Below are positions 28,062 through 36,499 of a DNA stretch of 64,000 nucleotides, in pieces. The notes beneath the pieces are model-generated. The model made no database searches and was not told the DNA's origin. It saw nothing but the letters and a program-made list of their open reading frames with translations. This DNA comes from Fulvivirga sp. (GTDB taxonomy: Bacteria; Bacteroidota; Bacteroidia; Cytophagales; Cyclobacteriaceae). The position numbers were made by a program, and so were the translations under genes. The stretch is taken from the NCBI GenBank assembly GCA_048268855.1, contig JBLWUR010000006.1, positions 38,474 through 102,473 of the forward strand, written 5' to 3'. How positions within the stretch are numbered: the stretch's first letter is position 1; each line of letters starts with the position of its first letter.

Positions 28062-29141
28062 ATGTCATTATTTGAATCTTATAGTTCTAATGGGCTGAAC
28101 CTTAAAAATAAAATGGTTATGGCTCCCATGACTCGTTCTAGATCAACAGAAAATCATATTCCAACACCTATTATGGCCAATTACTACGGACAACGTGCAG
28201 GAGCTGGTCTGTTGATTACCGAAGGGACAAGCCCCTCGCCAAATGGTGTCGGATATCCGAGAATACCAGGATTATACAATCAGGAACAAGTAAAAGCTTG
28301 GCAAGCAGTTACCGATAAAGTGCATCAGAAAGGTGGAAAAATATTCGTCCAGTTAATGCATACTGGTCGTATTAGCCATCCGCTAAATCTCCCATCTGGA
28401 GCTGAAGTATTGGCACCCTCTCCTATTGCTGCTGTAAATACCAAAATGTATACAGATCAGGAAGGTATACAAGCATTACCTGCCCCAAGAGAAATGACTG
28501 CTTCTGATATCGCCAAGGCGATTGATGAATATGTTACTTCTGCAAAATTGGCTATCGAAGCTGGATTTGATGGTGTGGAACTTCATGGGGCCAACGGCTA
28601 CTTAATGGAACAGTTTATCAATCCTGGCGCCAACAAACGTAGTGACAACTATGGTGGGTCAGCAGAAAACAGAAGTCGTTTTGTGTTGGAAATAGCTAAA
28701 AAGACAGTAGAAGCCATTGGAAAAGAAAAAGTAGGAATTCGGTTGTCACCTTATGGAGCATTCAATGATATAATGCCTTTTGATGGCCAGGATGAAACCT
28801 ATGAGTATCTGGCAACTGAACTAGGAAAACTAGGCCTCACCTATATTCACTTGGTTGACCAGTCGGATATGGGTGCACCAGAAGTACCCTTGTATTTAAA
28901 AGAAAAAATAAGGGATGCTTTTGGTGGTACCATCATTATTTCTGGAGGTTATGATAAAGAAAAGGCCGAACAAGATCTAAAGGATGGACTTGGCCATTTA
29001 GTAGCATTTGGGAAAGCGTATTTGGCTAATCCGGATTTACACCTACGTCTTAAGGTGGGTGCTGAATTGAACCAACCTGACTTTAGCACTTTCTACACCC
29101 CCGGTGAAAAAGGATATACAGATTATCCGGTGATGAATTAA
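28062..29141 (+). CDS. Old yellow enzyme family alkene reductase (NemA-like)
   Basis: MAPMTRSR, ITEGT, QLMHTGRISH, AGFDGVELHGANGYL, RSDNYGGS.ENRSRF, IRLSP, ANPDL, FYTPGEKGYTDYP. ATG 28062; the track's upstream extension is spurious. Confidence 0.94.
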   Translation: MSLFESYSSNGLNLKNKMVMAPMTRSRSTENHIPTPIMANYYGQRAGAGLLITEGTSPSPNGVGYPRIPGLYNQEQVKAWQAVTDKVHQKGGKIFVQLMHTGRISHPLNLPSGAEVLAPSPIAAVNTKMYTDQEGIQALPAPREMTASDIAKAIDEYVTSAKLAIEAGFDGVELHGANGYLMEQFINPGANKRSDNYGGSAENRSRFVLEIAKKTVEAIGKEKVGIRLSPYGAFNDIMPFDGQDETYEYLATELGKLGLTYIHLVDQSDMGAPEVPLYLKEKIRDAFGGTIIISGGYDKEKAEQDLKDGLGHLVAFGKAYLANPDLHLRLKVGAELNQPDFSTFYTPGEKGYTDYPVMN

Positions 29142-29163
29142 TTATAGCATATTGATCTAACTT

Positions 29164-29196
29164 AAAAAGCACCTGCAAAATGCAGGTGCTTTTTTT
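29164..29196 (+). terminator. Intrinsic terminator
   Basis: AAAAAGCACCTGCA-AAA-TGCAGGTGC followed by a T-tract. Confidence 0.9.
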
Positions 29197-29283
29197 ATAC
29201 AAATTTTGAAATAAAGAAATGAAGGATTCTATACGCATTTTAATAATGGCTCTATTATCTTGAACCTAAATTATCACGGCATT

Positions 29284-30276
29284 ATGAAAACATCATTCTT
29301 GAAATACCTCCTACCATTACTAATTATAGTTGGCTGCAATTCCCCCGACAAATCAAAAACTGAAGTCCAAACTACTCCTAAATTTGAGCATGACTTAGCA
29401 GAAGGTCCAACACCTTGGACGAGTACCGAATTTGAACTGGAAGAAGATGATTTCACATTTGCCATCATCTCTGATCTTACAGGGGGCGAAAGACCAGGTA
29501 TTTACAAAATAGCTGTTGCGCAGCTCAATAGACTTGACCCAACTTTCGTATTGAGTGTTGGTGACCTGATTGAAGGGAGTACTCAAGACACTATACAACT
29601 GGCCAAAGAATGGGATTCTTTTGACAACAGAACCTCAAAATTGAATATGTCTTTCTTTCATTTAGGAGGAAATCATGACCTTACCAATCCACTGATGCGA
29701 AAGTTTTGGAAGCATCGCTTCGGACCTACTTATTATCATTTTGTATATGAGAATGTACTCTTCCTTATGATGGACTCTGAAAACTTTGAAGAAAAAAGGA
29801 TGATGGAAATTTATCATGCTCGTGAAGAAGCCATGAAAATAATCCGTGGAGAAAAAGAGGGCAACTTTAATGAAACAGAATATGCTCAGATGTATGAGAG
29901 TCAAGTAGGAGGCATAAGTGTTGCACAACATGATTATTTCAGAAAGGTATTAGCACAATATCCCGATGTACGCTGGACTTTTGTATTGATGCATAAGCCA
30001 ACTTGGATGCGCGAGGATAACAAAGGCCTTGGTCCATTAGAAACCCTTCTCGCAAATCGTAATTATACAGTGATCAATGGTCATTATCACTCCTACTCCC
30101 ACCGCAAACGTAATGACATGGACTACATCATGCTCGGTACCACGGGAGGTTTTCAAGCTCCTGGTGACACGATGGCCTTTGATCATGTGACTTTAGTACG
30201 TATGGCAGCAAAGCCCGTAATTACTCATTTGAAGATGGAAGGAATATTGGATGAAACGGGCGCGGTACCTAAATAA
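29284..30276 (+). CDS. Calcineurin-like metallophosphoesterase lipoprotein
   Basis: Lipobox IVG-C; motifs SDLTGG, GDLIEG, GNHD, MHKP, GHYH. Confidence 0.85.
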   Translation: MKTSFLKYLLPLLIIVGCNSPDKSKTEVQTTPKFEHDLAEGPTPWTSTEFELEEDDFTFAIISDLTGGERPGIYKIAVAQLNRLDPTFVLSVGDLIEGSTQDTIQLAKEWDSFDNRTSKLNMSFFHLGGNHDLTNPLMRKFWKHRFGPTYYHFVYENVLFLMMDSENFEEKRMMEIYHAREEAMKIIRGEKEGNFNETEYAQMYESQVGGISVAQHDYFRKVLAQYPDVRWTFVLMHKPTWMREDNKGLGPLETLLANRNYTVINGHYHSYSHRKRNDMDYIMLGTTGGFQAPGDTMAFDHVTLVRMAAKPVITHLKMEGILDETGAVPK

Positions 30277-30324
30277 AACCTACTAGGTTTAACTTTCACC
30301 GAGCAGATAAACCTAGTAGGTTCC
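30276..30324. repeat. REP-doublet element, copy 1 of 3
   Basis: AAACCTACTAGGTTT-AACTTTCACCGAGCAGAT-AAACCTAGTAGGTT; the two arms are mutually inverted and each is self-palindromic. Confidence 0.8.
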
Positions 30325-30357
30325 AAATTCACAACAAACGACAAAATCTACTTCAAT

Positions 30358-30462
30358 TCGTCATTTCGAACCGAGGTACGAGGGAGAAATCCCCAAAAAC
30401 CGAAGGAGTTCGCTGCACTCGAGATGACGATGCTATTTTCAGTTTAATCATTGCGAGGACGA
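30358..30462. repeat. CGTC-tagged palindromic repeat doublet plus a truncated third unit
   Basis: TCGTCATTTCGA (30358-30369) pairs with TCGAGATGACGA (30419-30430) at 11/12; truncated ATCATTGCGAGGACGA at 30447-30462. Confidence 0.6.
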
Positions 30463-30493
30463 CTGTATGGAAATATAAAAACCACTCAGTATC

Positions 30494-30534
30494 AAACCTA
30501 CAAGGTTTAACTTTCACTAAGCAGATAAATTTCC
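30494..30534. repeat. REP-doublet element, copy 2 of 3 (second arm deleted, overlaps TetR 3' end)
   Basis: AAACCTACAAGGTTT-AACTTTCACTAAGCAGAT-AAATTTCC; lacks 9 nt relative to copy 3. Confidence 0.75.
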
Positions 30535-31106
30535 AACCCCTTTTTACTTAAATAGGGTTTAAGTAGTCGATTGACATAGTTTGAAAAAGAAATTTTATCA
30601 TACATTTTATAATCTAAGGATTGAAAATAGAATAATCGAACACTTGTACTGATCAGTATAATATATTCCAAATCATCATTTTCAAGAGAGTCTTTCAAAA
30701 AACCATCTTCTCTTAATTCAATCAACAAAGACAACCATTTGTCTTTCCTGATTTTATTTAATTGCTGACTTTTAGCAAATAGACTTGGATAATGACGCTT
30801 TATCTCAAGAAAATCTTGATTAAAAAAAAGGTATTTAAGAGTTATATCGAAACTATATTCAGGAAGCTTCAGAAAATATTTCAATAAATCATTTTTTGGA
30901 ATAGTTGCCAAGCTTAAAGACATTAGTTCTTCATTCATATCTTCAAATATTGCCAAGAGTAAATCTTCTTTTGATGGAAAATGGTAAGTTATATTTCCAT
31001 AACTCCTATCTAAATGATTAGCAACCTCCCTTAGGGTTACATTTACCACCCCTAACTCATTGAATAATTGTATCGCTTTAGTCTTTATTAGATTTTTGGT
31101 TTTCAT
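30507..31106 (-). CDS. TetR/AcrR family transcriptional regulator
   Basis: HTH AIQLFNELG...TLREVANHLDRSYGNITYHFPSKEDL; ATG 31106. Confidence 0.92.
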   Translation of the reverse strand: MKTKNLIKTKAIQLFNELGVVNVTLREVANHLDRSYGNITYHFPSKEDLLLAIFEDMNEELMSLSLATIPKNDLLKYFLKLPEYSFDITLKYLFFNQDFLEIKRHYPSLFAKSQQLNKIRKDKWLSLLIELREDGFLKDSLENDDLEYIILISTSVRLFYFQSLDYKMYDKISFSNYVNRLLKPYLSKKGLEIYLLSES

Positions 31107-31108
31107 TA

Positions 31109-31144
31109 TTTGTAAAATTAGTCCATATGGCCTAATCTTGCAAA
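31109..31144. promoter_or_regulatory. Candidate TetR operator within a divergent promoter
   Basis: 36-bp imperfect palindrome TTTGTAAAATTAGTCCAT|ATGGCCTAATCTTGCAAA (15/18 paired) in the 65-bp gap between TetR and the hydrolase. Confidence 0.65.
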
Positions 31145-31171
31145 GAAACAATAATCAATATTTCATAATTC

Positions 31172-32035
31172 ATGAAAAGCATTTATAAAAACAAAGAGGC
31201 TAAGCAAATCATAATGAATCTCTATGAAGAGAAACTCAATAGTCTTAATATCAACTATACAGAGATAGATGTACAAACTTCATTTGGAAGGACTAGAATT
31301 ATAAAAACAGGTAACGAAAATGGCAAAGTCATTGTACTATTTCATGGCATCAATGCTGGCTCTCCAATAGCACTTGAAGCAATCAAAGAATTGAATAGTA
31401 AATATTTACTATTTGCTATAGATACTATTGGACAGGCTACAAAGAGTGATGAAACTATATTAGATATCAATAATGATTCCTATGCAGTATGGGCTGATGA
31501 AGTCTTGGATAAGCTATCAATCACTGAAGCCAATTGTATTGGAATTTCATACGGAGCGTTTATTCTACAGAAACTTATAAAACACAAACCCAACAAGGTT
31601 GTCAAATGTATTTTCGTGGTCCCAAGTGGTTTAGTAAATGGCAAACTCTGGCCTTCATTGACTAAATTAACTTTCCCTTTAATACGATTTATGATAACAA
31701 AGAAAGACAGTCATCTAAAATCATTTATTAACTCTTTTGTTCCAAAAGAGGATGACTTCATGTTTAAAATGCAAAAAGCTCTATTGTTAGGTGTGAATAT
31801 TGATTTTAGAAGGCCAATTCTATTGAAAAGTAAGGATGTGGAACATTACAACCAACCCGTTTATATGATTGTTTCAGACAACGATATATTTTTCCCTGGC
31901 AATAAAGCAGTAAAAAGAGCAAAGCAAATATTTAGTAACCTAAAAGAATCATACTTCCTGAAAAACAGTAAACATATGCCAGAAGTAACTTCCTTTTCTG
32001 AAATACAGAATAAAATAGAAATGTGGATTAATTAA
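31172..32035 (+). CDS. Alpha/beta-fold hydrolase
   Basis: FHGINAG oxyanion motif, nucleophile GISYGA, candidate Asp (SDNDIFF) and His (SKHMP). Confidence 0.88.
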   Translation: MKSIYKNKEAKQIIMNLYEEKLNSLNINYTEIDVQTSFGRTRIIKTGNENGKVIVLFHGINAGSPIALEAIKELNSKYLLFAIDTIGQATKSDETILDINNDSYAVWADEVLDKLSITEANCIGISYGAFILQKLIKHKPNKVVKCIFVVPSGLVNGKLWPSLTKLTFPLIRFMITKKDSHLKSFINSFVPKEDDFMFKMQKALLLGVNIDFRRPILLKSKDVEHYNQPVYMIVSDNDIFFPGNKAVKRAKQIFSNLKESYFLKNSKHMPEVTSFSEIQNKIEMWIN

Positions 32036-32084
32036 GTACTTGTAATATGTAATTATTGATCTTGCCCAGTCCTTTATAGCAATA

Positions 32085-32134
32085 AAACCTTCTAGGTTTA
32101 ACTTTCACTGAGCAGATAAACCTAGAAGATTTCC
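32085..32134. repeat. REP-doublet element, copy 3 of 3
   Basis: AAACCTTCTAGGTTT-AACTTTCACTGAGCAGAT-AAACCTAGAAGATTTCC; same orientation and similar flanks to copy 1. Confidence 0.8.
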
Positions 32135-32260
32135 AAATCAACAAACTTTAAATTATTGATAATGTGGTGGTTATAATATTGAACAGTTAATAGAAACTCA
32201 TTTTATCATTATTATAATTTTATTATTACCTTATTTAATGATTATAAAGTAAATTCATTA

Positions 32261-33202
32261 ATGAAACTAAATAACAATAAGATGAAAATAATCTCAACTC
32301 TAGCCGTACTTTTAATCACATTTACGGTTTGCCATGCTCAAAAGTCAGAATTGGTTTTGAAGCTTGAGAAGGATGTTGAATACATACAATCAACTAATTC
32401 GGAATCGACTATAATTCAAGAAATCAATGGTCAAAAGATGAATATAGTAATGACAATTAATGGAACAATGTCATATTTAGTAAAGGCGATTAATGATGAT
32501 AGTTTTGATATGGATGTTGCATATAAAAGTTTAAGTATGTCAATGCAACTTCCTCAAGGCAAAATGGAGTTTAGTTCAGAAAAAAAAGATGAAGGTGACA
32601 TATTTTCTCTAATCCTGTCTGAAATGAAGAACAAAGAGTTCCAAGTAAAAATGACTAAGTATGGAAAAATTACTGAAATAAGAAATATTGAGAAGCTTTT
32701 TGAATCTGCATTTAGCATCCTACCTGAAATTCCTGAGGCTCAATTATCACAAATAAAGGCTCAGTTGTTAAAAGCTTATGGAAAAGAAGCCTTTAAAGGT
32801 AATATCGAAATGATAACTGCCATATACCCCAATAAGAAAGTGGCAAAAGGAGATGAGTGGGTTATTAATACTAAATTAGAATCAGGAATGTCCGCTAATA
32901 TGACGACAACATACAAGTTTTTAGATAGTACAAAAGAACACTATTTAATAGTTGGAGAATCAAAAATTGAGACTGCTGATAAAGATGCTTATATTGAGTC
33001 AAACGGTATGCCAATGAAGTTTGACTTAACAGGATTCATGACTTCAAATATAAAAATTGATAAGACATCTGGCTGGATAGTTGAAGCTAAAATTGATCAA
33101 GATATTCAAGGAGATACATATATTAAAGAAAATCCTCAAATGCCAAATGGAATGAAAATACCTATGATCATGAAGAGTAAAATGGTTTTTACCAATAATT
33201 AA
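32261..33202 (+). CDS. DUF6263-like secreted protein
   Basis: Signal peptide (start may be ATG 32282); beta-rich; YPNKKVAKGDEW and IDKTSGWI patterns. Confidence 0.7.
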   Translation: MKLNNNKMKIISTLAVLLITFTVCHAQKSELVLKLEKDVEYIQSTNSESTIIQEINGQKMNIVMTINGTMSYLVKAINDDSFDMDVAYKSLSMSMQLPQGKMEFSSEKKDEGDIFSLILSEMKNKEFQVKMTKYGKITEIRNIEKLFESAFSILPEIPEAQLSQIKAQLLKAYGKEAFKGNIEMITAIYPNKKVAKGDEWVINTKLESGMSANMTTTYKFLDSTKEHYLIVGESKIETADKDAYIESNGMPMKFDLTGFMTSNIKIDKTSGWIVEAKIDQDIQGDTYIKENPQMPNGMKIPMIMKSKMVFTNN

Positions 33203-33366
33203 CTACCTCCAACATTAGATAAAAAAATAGAGCTCTACTATTTCAAAGTTAATTGGTTCTACTAAGTCAACAAAATTACTGTTTGTCTCTCCACGTTTTT
33301 GAGCAGAACCATTAATTTGACCCTTCATAAAAGTCGCATTCCCGAAGAAATTGTTTGAAGCACAAC

Positions 33367-33399
33367 AAAAAAACCTCCCCCGACACAGCGGGGGAGGTT
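33367..33399 (-). terminator. Intrinsic terminator of the dcw/ftsZ transcript
   Basis: Minus strand AACCTCCCCCG-CTGTGT-CGGGGGAGGTT followed by a T-tract. Confidence 0.92.
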
Positions 33400-33404
33400 C
33401 AATT

Positions 33405-33495
33405 AAAAAATGACATTGCAGCACCGGCCAAAAAATTTACAACCAACAACCACTACGAATTGGAAAGTAAGCCGGTTTTAATGCTGCATCTGTCA
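33405..33495 (-). ncRNA. Candidate structured 3'-UTR element or sRNA downstream of ftsZ
   Basis: Three outer helices UGACA/UGUCA, UGCAGC/GCUGCA and ACCGGC/GCCGGU enclose a 42-nt interior antisense to the ftsA and ftsZ initiation regions; followed by U6. Confidence 0.5.
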
Positions 33496-33505
33496 ATCAG
33501 TGGAT

Positions 33506-35056
33506 CTAGTCCACATTATCGTGTAAGAATTTGTTGTTACCCAAAATCTGATTGTCATCGTTCAAATTATACTTTGATACATGAGGTTCAGAAGAATGAG
33601 GAACATTGTTGAGCCTTACATCTTTGCGCAAAAATGCAGGTATGTCAAGTTTCTCCTTAAACTCATTGGCGTTCATCTCCGCTTTGCTTAAGCCTTTCAG
33701 CTTATTAATACGCTCTTCCGCCTGTAGTCTAAGTCGTTCCTTTGTAGAGCGCACGTCCATCATGCCATCATCATTGATCAACTGATCAGAATCATCTTCA
33801 TCTACAATCTCAAACTCTTCGTCCAGCTCAGTGAATAAGCCATCATCTCCATCCATTTCATCTTCTTCACTTATATTGCTTTCAGGTCTGCCAAAAGAAT
33901 AACTAGGTGATGATTTGGGTTCTTCCTCCTCCTCTATACGAGAGGTGATCTCACTTTCACGTCTATCGTTCACCGAATTATCGGTATTAAACAAGTTGAT
34001 CTGCTCGTGAGCTTCGAGGTCAAATACCCTTTTGCCTTCCTCTTCTTTTTCTTTGGCGACAGGCGCAACTGGTTTTTTAACATTTTTATCAAACCCAGTA
34101 GCTATTACTGTTACTCTTATGCTTTCTTCCAAACTAGGATCAACCCCGTGACCGAAAATTACTTCAGCTTCATCTCCTGCTTGTTCCTGAATGTATTCAG
34201 TGATCTCTGTTAATTCATCCATTTGCAATTCAGCCTGATCGCCAGAAATGATCGAAAGCAAGATTTTCTGAGCACCGAGAATATCTCTATTGTCCAATAA
34301 TGGAGAAGATAGTGCCTCTTCAGCCGCTCTTCTTGCTCTGTTGTCACCTTTGGTGGTGGCAGAGCCCATAACGGCAGCACCCGCATTGTGCATAACAGCT
34401 TTCACATCTTGAAAATCGACATTGACATAACCCGCAACAGTGATGATTTCAGCTATGCCTTTGGCAGCCGTTGTCAATACATTATCTGCTTGTGCAAAAG
34501 CACTTCCAATAGAAAGGTTGCCATGGATCTCACGGAGTTTATCATTCAAAATAACTAACACGGTATCGCAGCATTCTTTCAAAGCATTGATCCCTAATTC
34601 GGCCTGAGCCATTTTCTTTTTGCCTTCAAAAGAGAAAGGAGAAGTGACAATACCTACAGTGAGGATGTCCATTTCCTTTGCTATTTTGGCAATCACAGGA
34701 GCGGCACCTGTACCAGTACCTCCACCCATTCCTGCGGTAATAAATACCATTTTGGTATCTGTACCCAGCAGGTCGCGTATGTCTTCTTTACTTTCCAGCG
34801 CTGCATTTTTTCCAACTTCAGGATTGGCACCCGCACCAAGACCTTCGGTGAGGTTCACTCCTATTTGGATTTTTGCAGGTATTGCGCTTGATTTTAAGGC
34901 TTGTGAGTCAGTATTACATACAACAAATTCTACATCTTTAATGCCCTGATTGTACATGAAGTTGACTGCGTTACTTCCGCCACCCCCAACGCCAATTACT
35001 TTAATAATCGACTTGTGGTGCTTTGGAATCTCGAATTTATATCCATTGTCCTCCAT
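33506..35056 (-). CDS. ftsZ: Cell division protein FtsZ
   Basis: [23 protein letters not shown], tubulin signature [18 protein letters not shown]-terminal LDIPAFLRK after a long acidic linker; ATG 35056. Confidence 0.98.
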   Translation of the reverse strand: MEDNGYKFEIPKHHKSIIKVIGVGGGGSNAVNFMYNQGIKDVEFVVCNTDSQALKSSAIPAKIQIGVNLTEGLGAGANPEVGKNAALESKEDIRDLLGTDTKMVFITAGMGGGTGTGAAPVIAKIAKEMDILTVGIVTSPFSFEGKKKMAQAELGINALKECCDTVLVILNDKLREIHGNLSIGSAFAQADNVLTTAAKGIAEIITVAGYVNVDFQDVKAVMHNAGAAVMGSATTKGDNRARRAAEEALSSPLLDNRDILGAQKILLSIISGDQAELQMDELTEITEYIQEQAGDEAEVIFGHGVDPSLEESIRVTVIATGFDKNVKKPVAPVAKEKEEEGKRVFDLEAHEQINLFNTDNSVNDRRESEITSRIEEEEEPKSSPSYSFGRPESNISEEDEMDGDDGLFTELDEEFEIVDEDDSDQLINDDGMMDVRSTKERLRLQAEERINKLKGLSKAEMNANEFKEKLDIPAFLRKDVRLNNVPHSSEPHVSKYNLNDDNQILGNNKFLHDNVD

Positions 35057-35090
35057 AACTTTAATATTTAGTGGTTCGCATTTAATTTGA

Positions 35091-36392
35091 CTAGTAGTCT
35101 TTGCCCCCATCGAGGTCATCGATTAACAAGCCTTTTGTTTTATTTAATATTTTAGCAAAGAAGTCTCCACTAGATACCTTTTTATGGGCTACTAATTTTC
35201 CGCCTCCTTTTGCTTCTTTGTATCGCTCCTCCCTATTGTCGAGCGCACGGAATCCAGAGAGTACCAACCCAACTGTGGTAGCGTACATTGGACTTTTTAC
35301 AATATCTACCTTGCTCTTCCCAAGGTGTTCATTTGGATAACCGACACGTGTATCCATGCCAGTCATATATTCTACAAGTTGTTTCAAACTGTTGAGCTGT
35401 GCACCACCACCGGTGATCACAATTCCACCAGCCAATCTGTTTTCAAAACCAGAAGTAATGATTTCAGCATGAGCTAACTCTACAATCTCTTCCATCCTTG
35501 CTTCTATGATATTGGCAAGGTTTCTTACAGATATCTCCTTTGGAGCTCTATTTCTAATTCCTGGTATCGATACTATCTCATTAGGACTAGCCTCTTCGCC
35601 AATCGCTTTACCAAACTTAGTTTTTAGCAATTCAGCTTGATGCTGCATGACCATACACCCTTGCTTGATATCAGAAGTAACGATGTTGCCTCCAAATGGA
35701 ATGACAGCGGTGTGTCTGATAATATTATCGTGGAAAATAGCGATGTCTGTTGTTCCACCACCTATATCGATAAGGCAAATACCTGCTTCTTTCTCTTCTT
35801 CACTTAGCACAGCAAGACTTGAAGCCAATGGCTCAAGAATGAGGTTTTCTATTTCCAGCCCTGCTCTTCTTACGCATTTGTTGATATTATTGATCGCATT
35901 GGTTTGAGCGGTGATCACATGGAAATCAGCTTCCAGCTTCACCCCTGACATCCCTACAGGATCTTTAATGCCCTCTTCATAGTCTACTGTGTAGTCTTGT
36001 GGCATTACATGTATAATCTCACTCCCTGGAGGGATTACAATGCGATACATATCATTGGTCAATCTGTTGATATCCTCAATGGTAATTTCGTCATCGTTGC
36101 TTGATCGGGTAATGCTACCGTGATGAATGGAGCTTTTAATGTGCTGGCCAGCAATGCCCACATTAACGACCCTAATGTCGATGCCTGCTTGCTCTTCAGC
36201 TTCTTTTACTGCTTTTTCAATTGCGTTTACAGTTTTGTCTATGTTGGTAACAATGCCACGGATTACGCCATCCGATTCGGCTTTGCCCATTCCCAAAACT
36301 TCGAGTTTGTCGTACTCGTTCTTTCGCCCCACAATCGCGCAAATTTTTGTGGTTCCAATATCGAGTCCGACTACAATTTTGTCATTTTCCAT
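35091..36392 (-). CDS. ftsA: Cell division protein FtsA
   Basis: [42 protein letters not shown]. Confidence 0.98.
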   Translation of the reverse strand: MENDKIVVGLDIGTTKICAIVGRKNEYDKLEVLGMGKAESDGVIRGIVTNIDKTVNAIEKAVKEAEEQAGIDIRVVNVGIAGQHIKSSIHHGSITRSSNDDEITIEDINRLTNDMYRIVIPPGSEIIHVMPQDYTVDYEEGIKDPVGMSGVKLEADFHVITAQTNAINNINKCVRRAGLEIENLILEPLASSLAVLSEEEKEAGICLIDIGGGTTDIAIFHDNIIRHTAVIPFGGNIVTSDIKQGCMVMQHQAELLKTKFGKAIGEEASPNEIVSIPGIRNRAPKEISVRNLANIIEARMEEIVELAHAEIITSGFENRLAGGIVITGGGAQLNSLKQLVEYMTGMDTRVGYPNEHLGKSKVDIVKSPMYATTVGLVLSGFRALDNREERYKEAKGGGKLVAHKKVSSGDFFAKILNKTKGLLIDDLDGGKDY

Positions 36393-36430
36393 GGTTGTAA
36401 ATTTATTTTTAGTGGTTGTTTCTTTTTTTA

Positions 36431-36496
36431 GTTCAATGTTTTATGTTCTAAGTTTTAAGTCGAGTTCAACTTTGAACTCTGCACTTTGCACTTTGA
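36431..36496. repeat. Two head-to-head heptamer arrays around a central hairpin
   Basis: GTTCAAT GTTTTAT GTTCTAA GTTTTAA, then GAGTTCAA-CT-TTGAACTC, then ACTTTGA ACTCTGC ACTTTGC ACTTTGA (reverse-strand units of the same GTTCAAA-like consensus). Confidence 0.75.
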
Positions 36497-36499
36497 ATT

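Noticed and set aside
30276-32134. The three ~50-bp repeats as a CRISPR array or integron attC sites
   Set aside because: Spacing is about 170 and 1550 bp, there are no unique equal-length spacers, no cas or integrase gene, and no clear RYYYAAC/GTTRRRY ends.
33355-33612. 85-aa + strand ORF crossing the ftsZ 3'-UTR hairpin
   Set aside because: Runs through a terminator and antisense into ftsZ with no motif; the RNA-structure reading explains the sequence better.
33506-34100. Very long acidic FtsZ C-terminal linker
   Set aside because: Long disordered linkers are ordinary for Bacteroidota FtsZ, and the conserved tail LDIPAFLRK is present.
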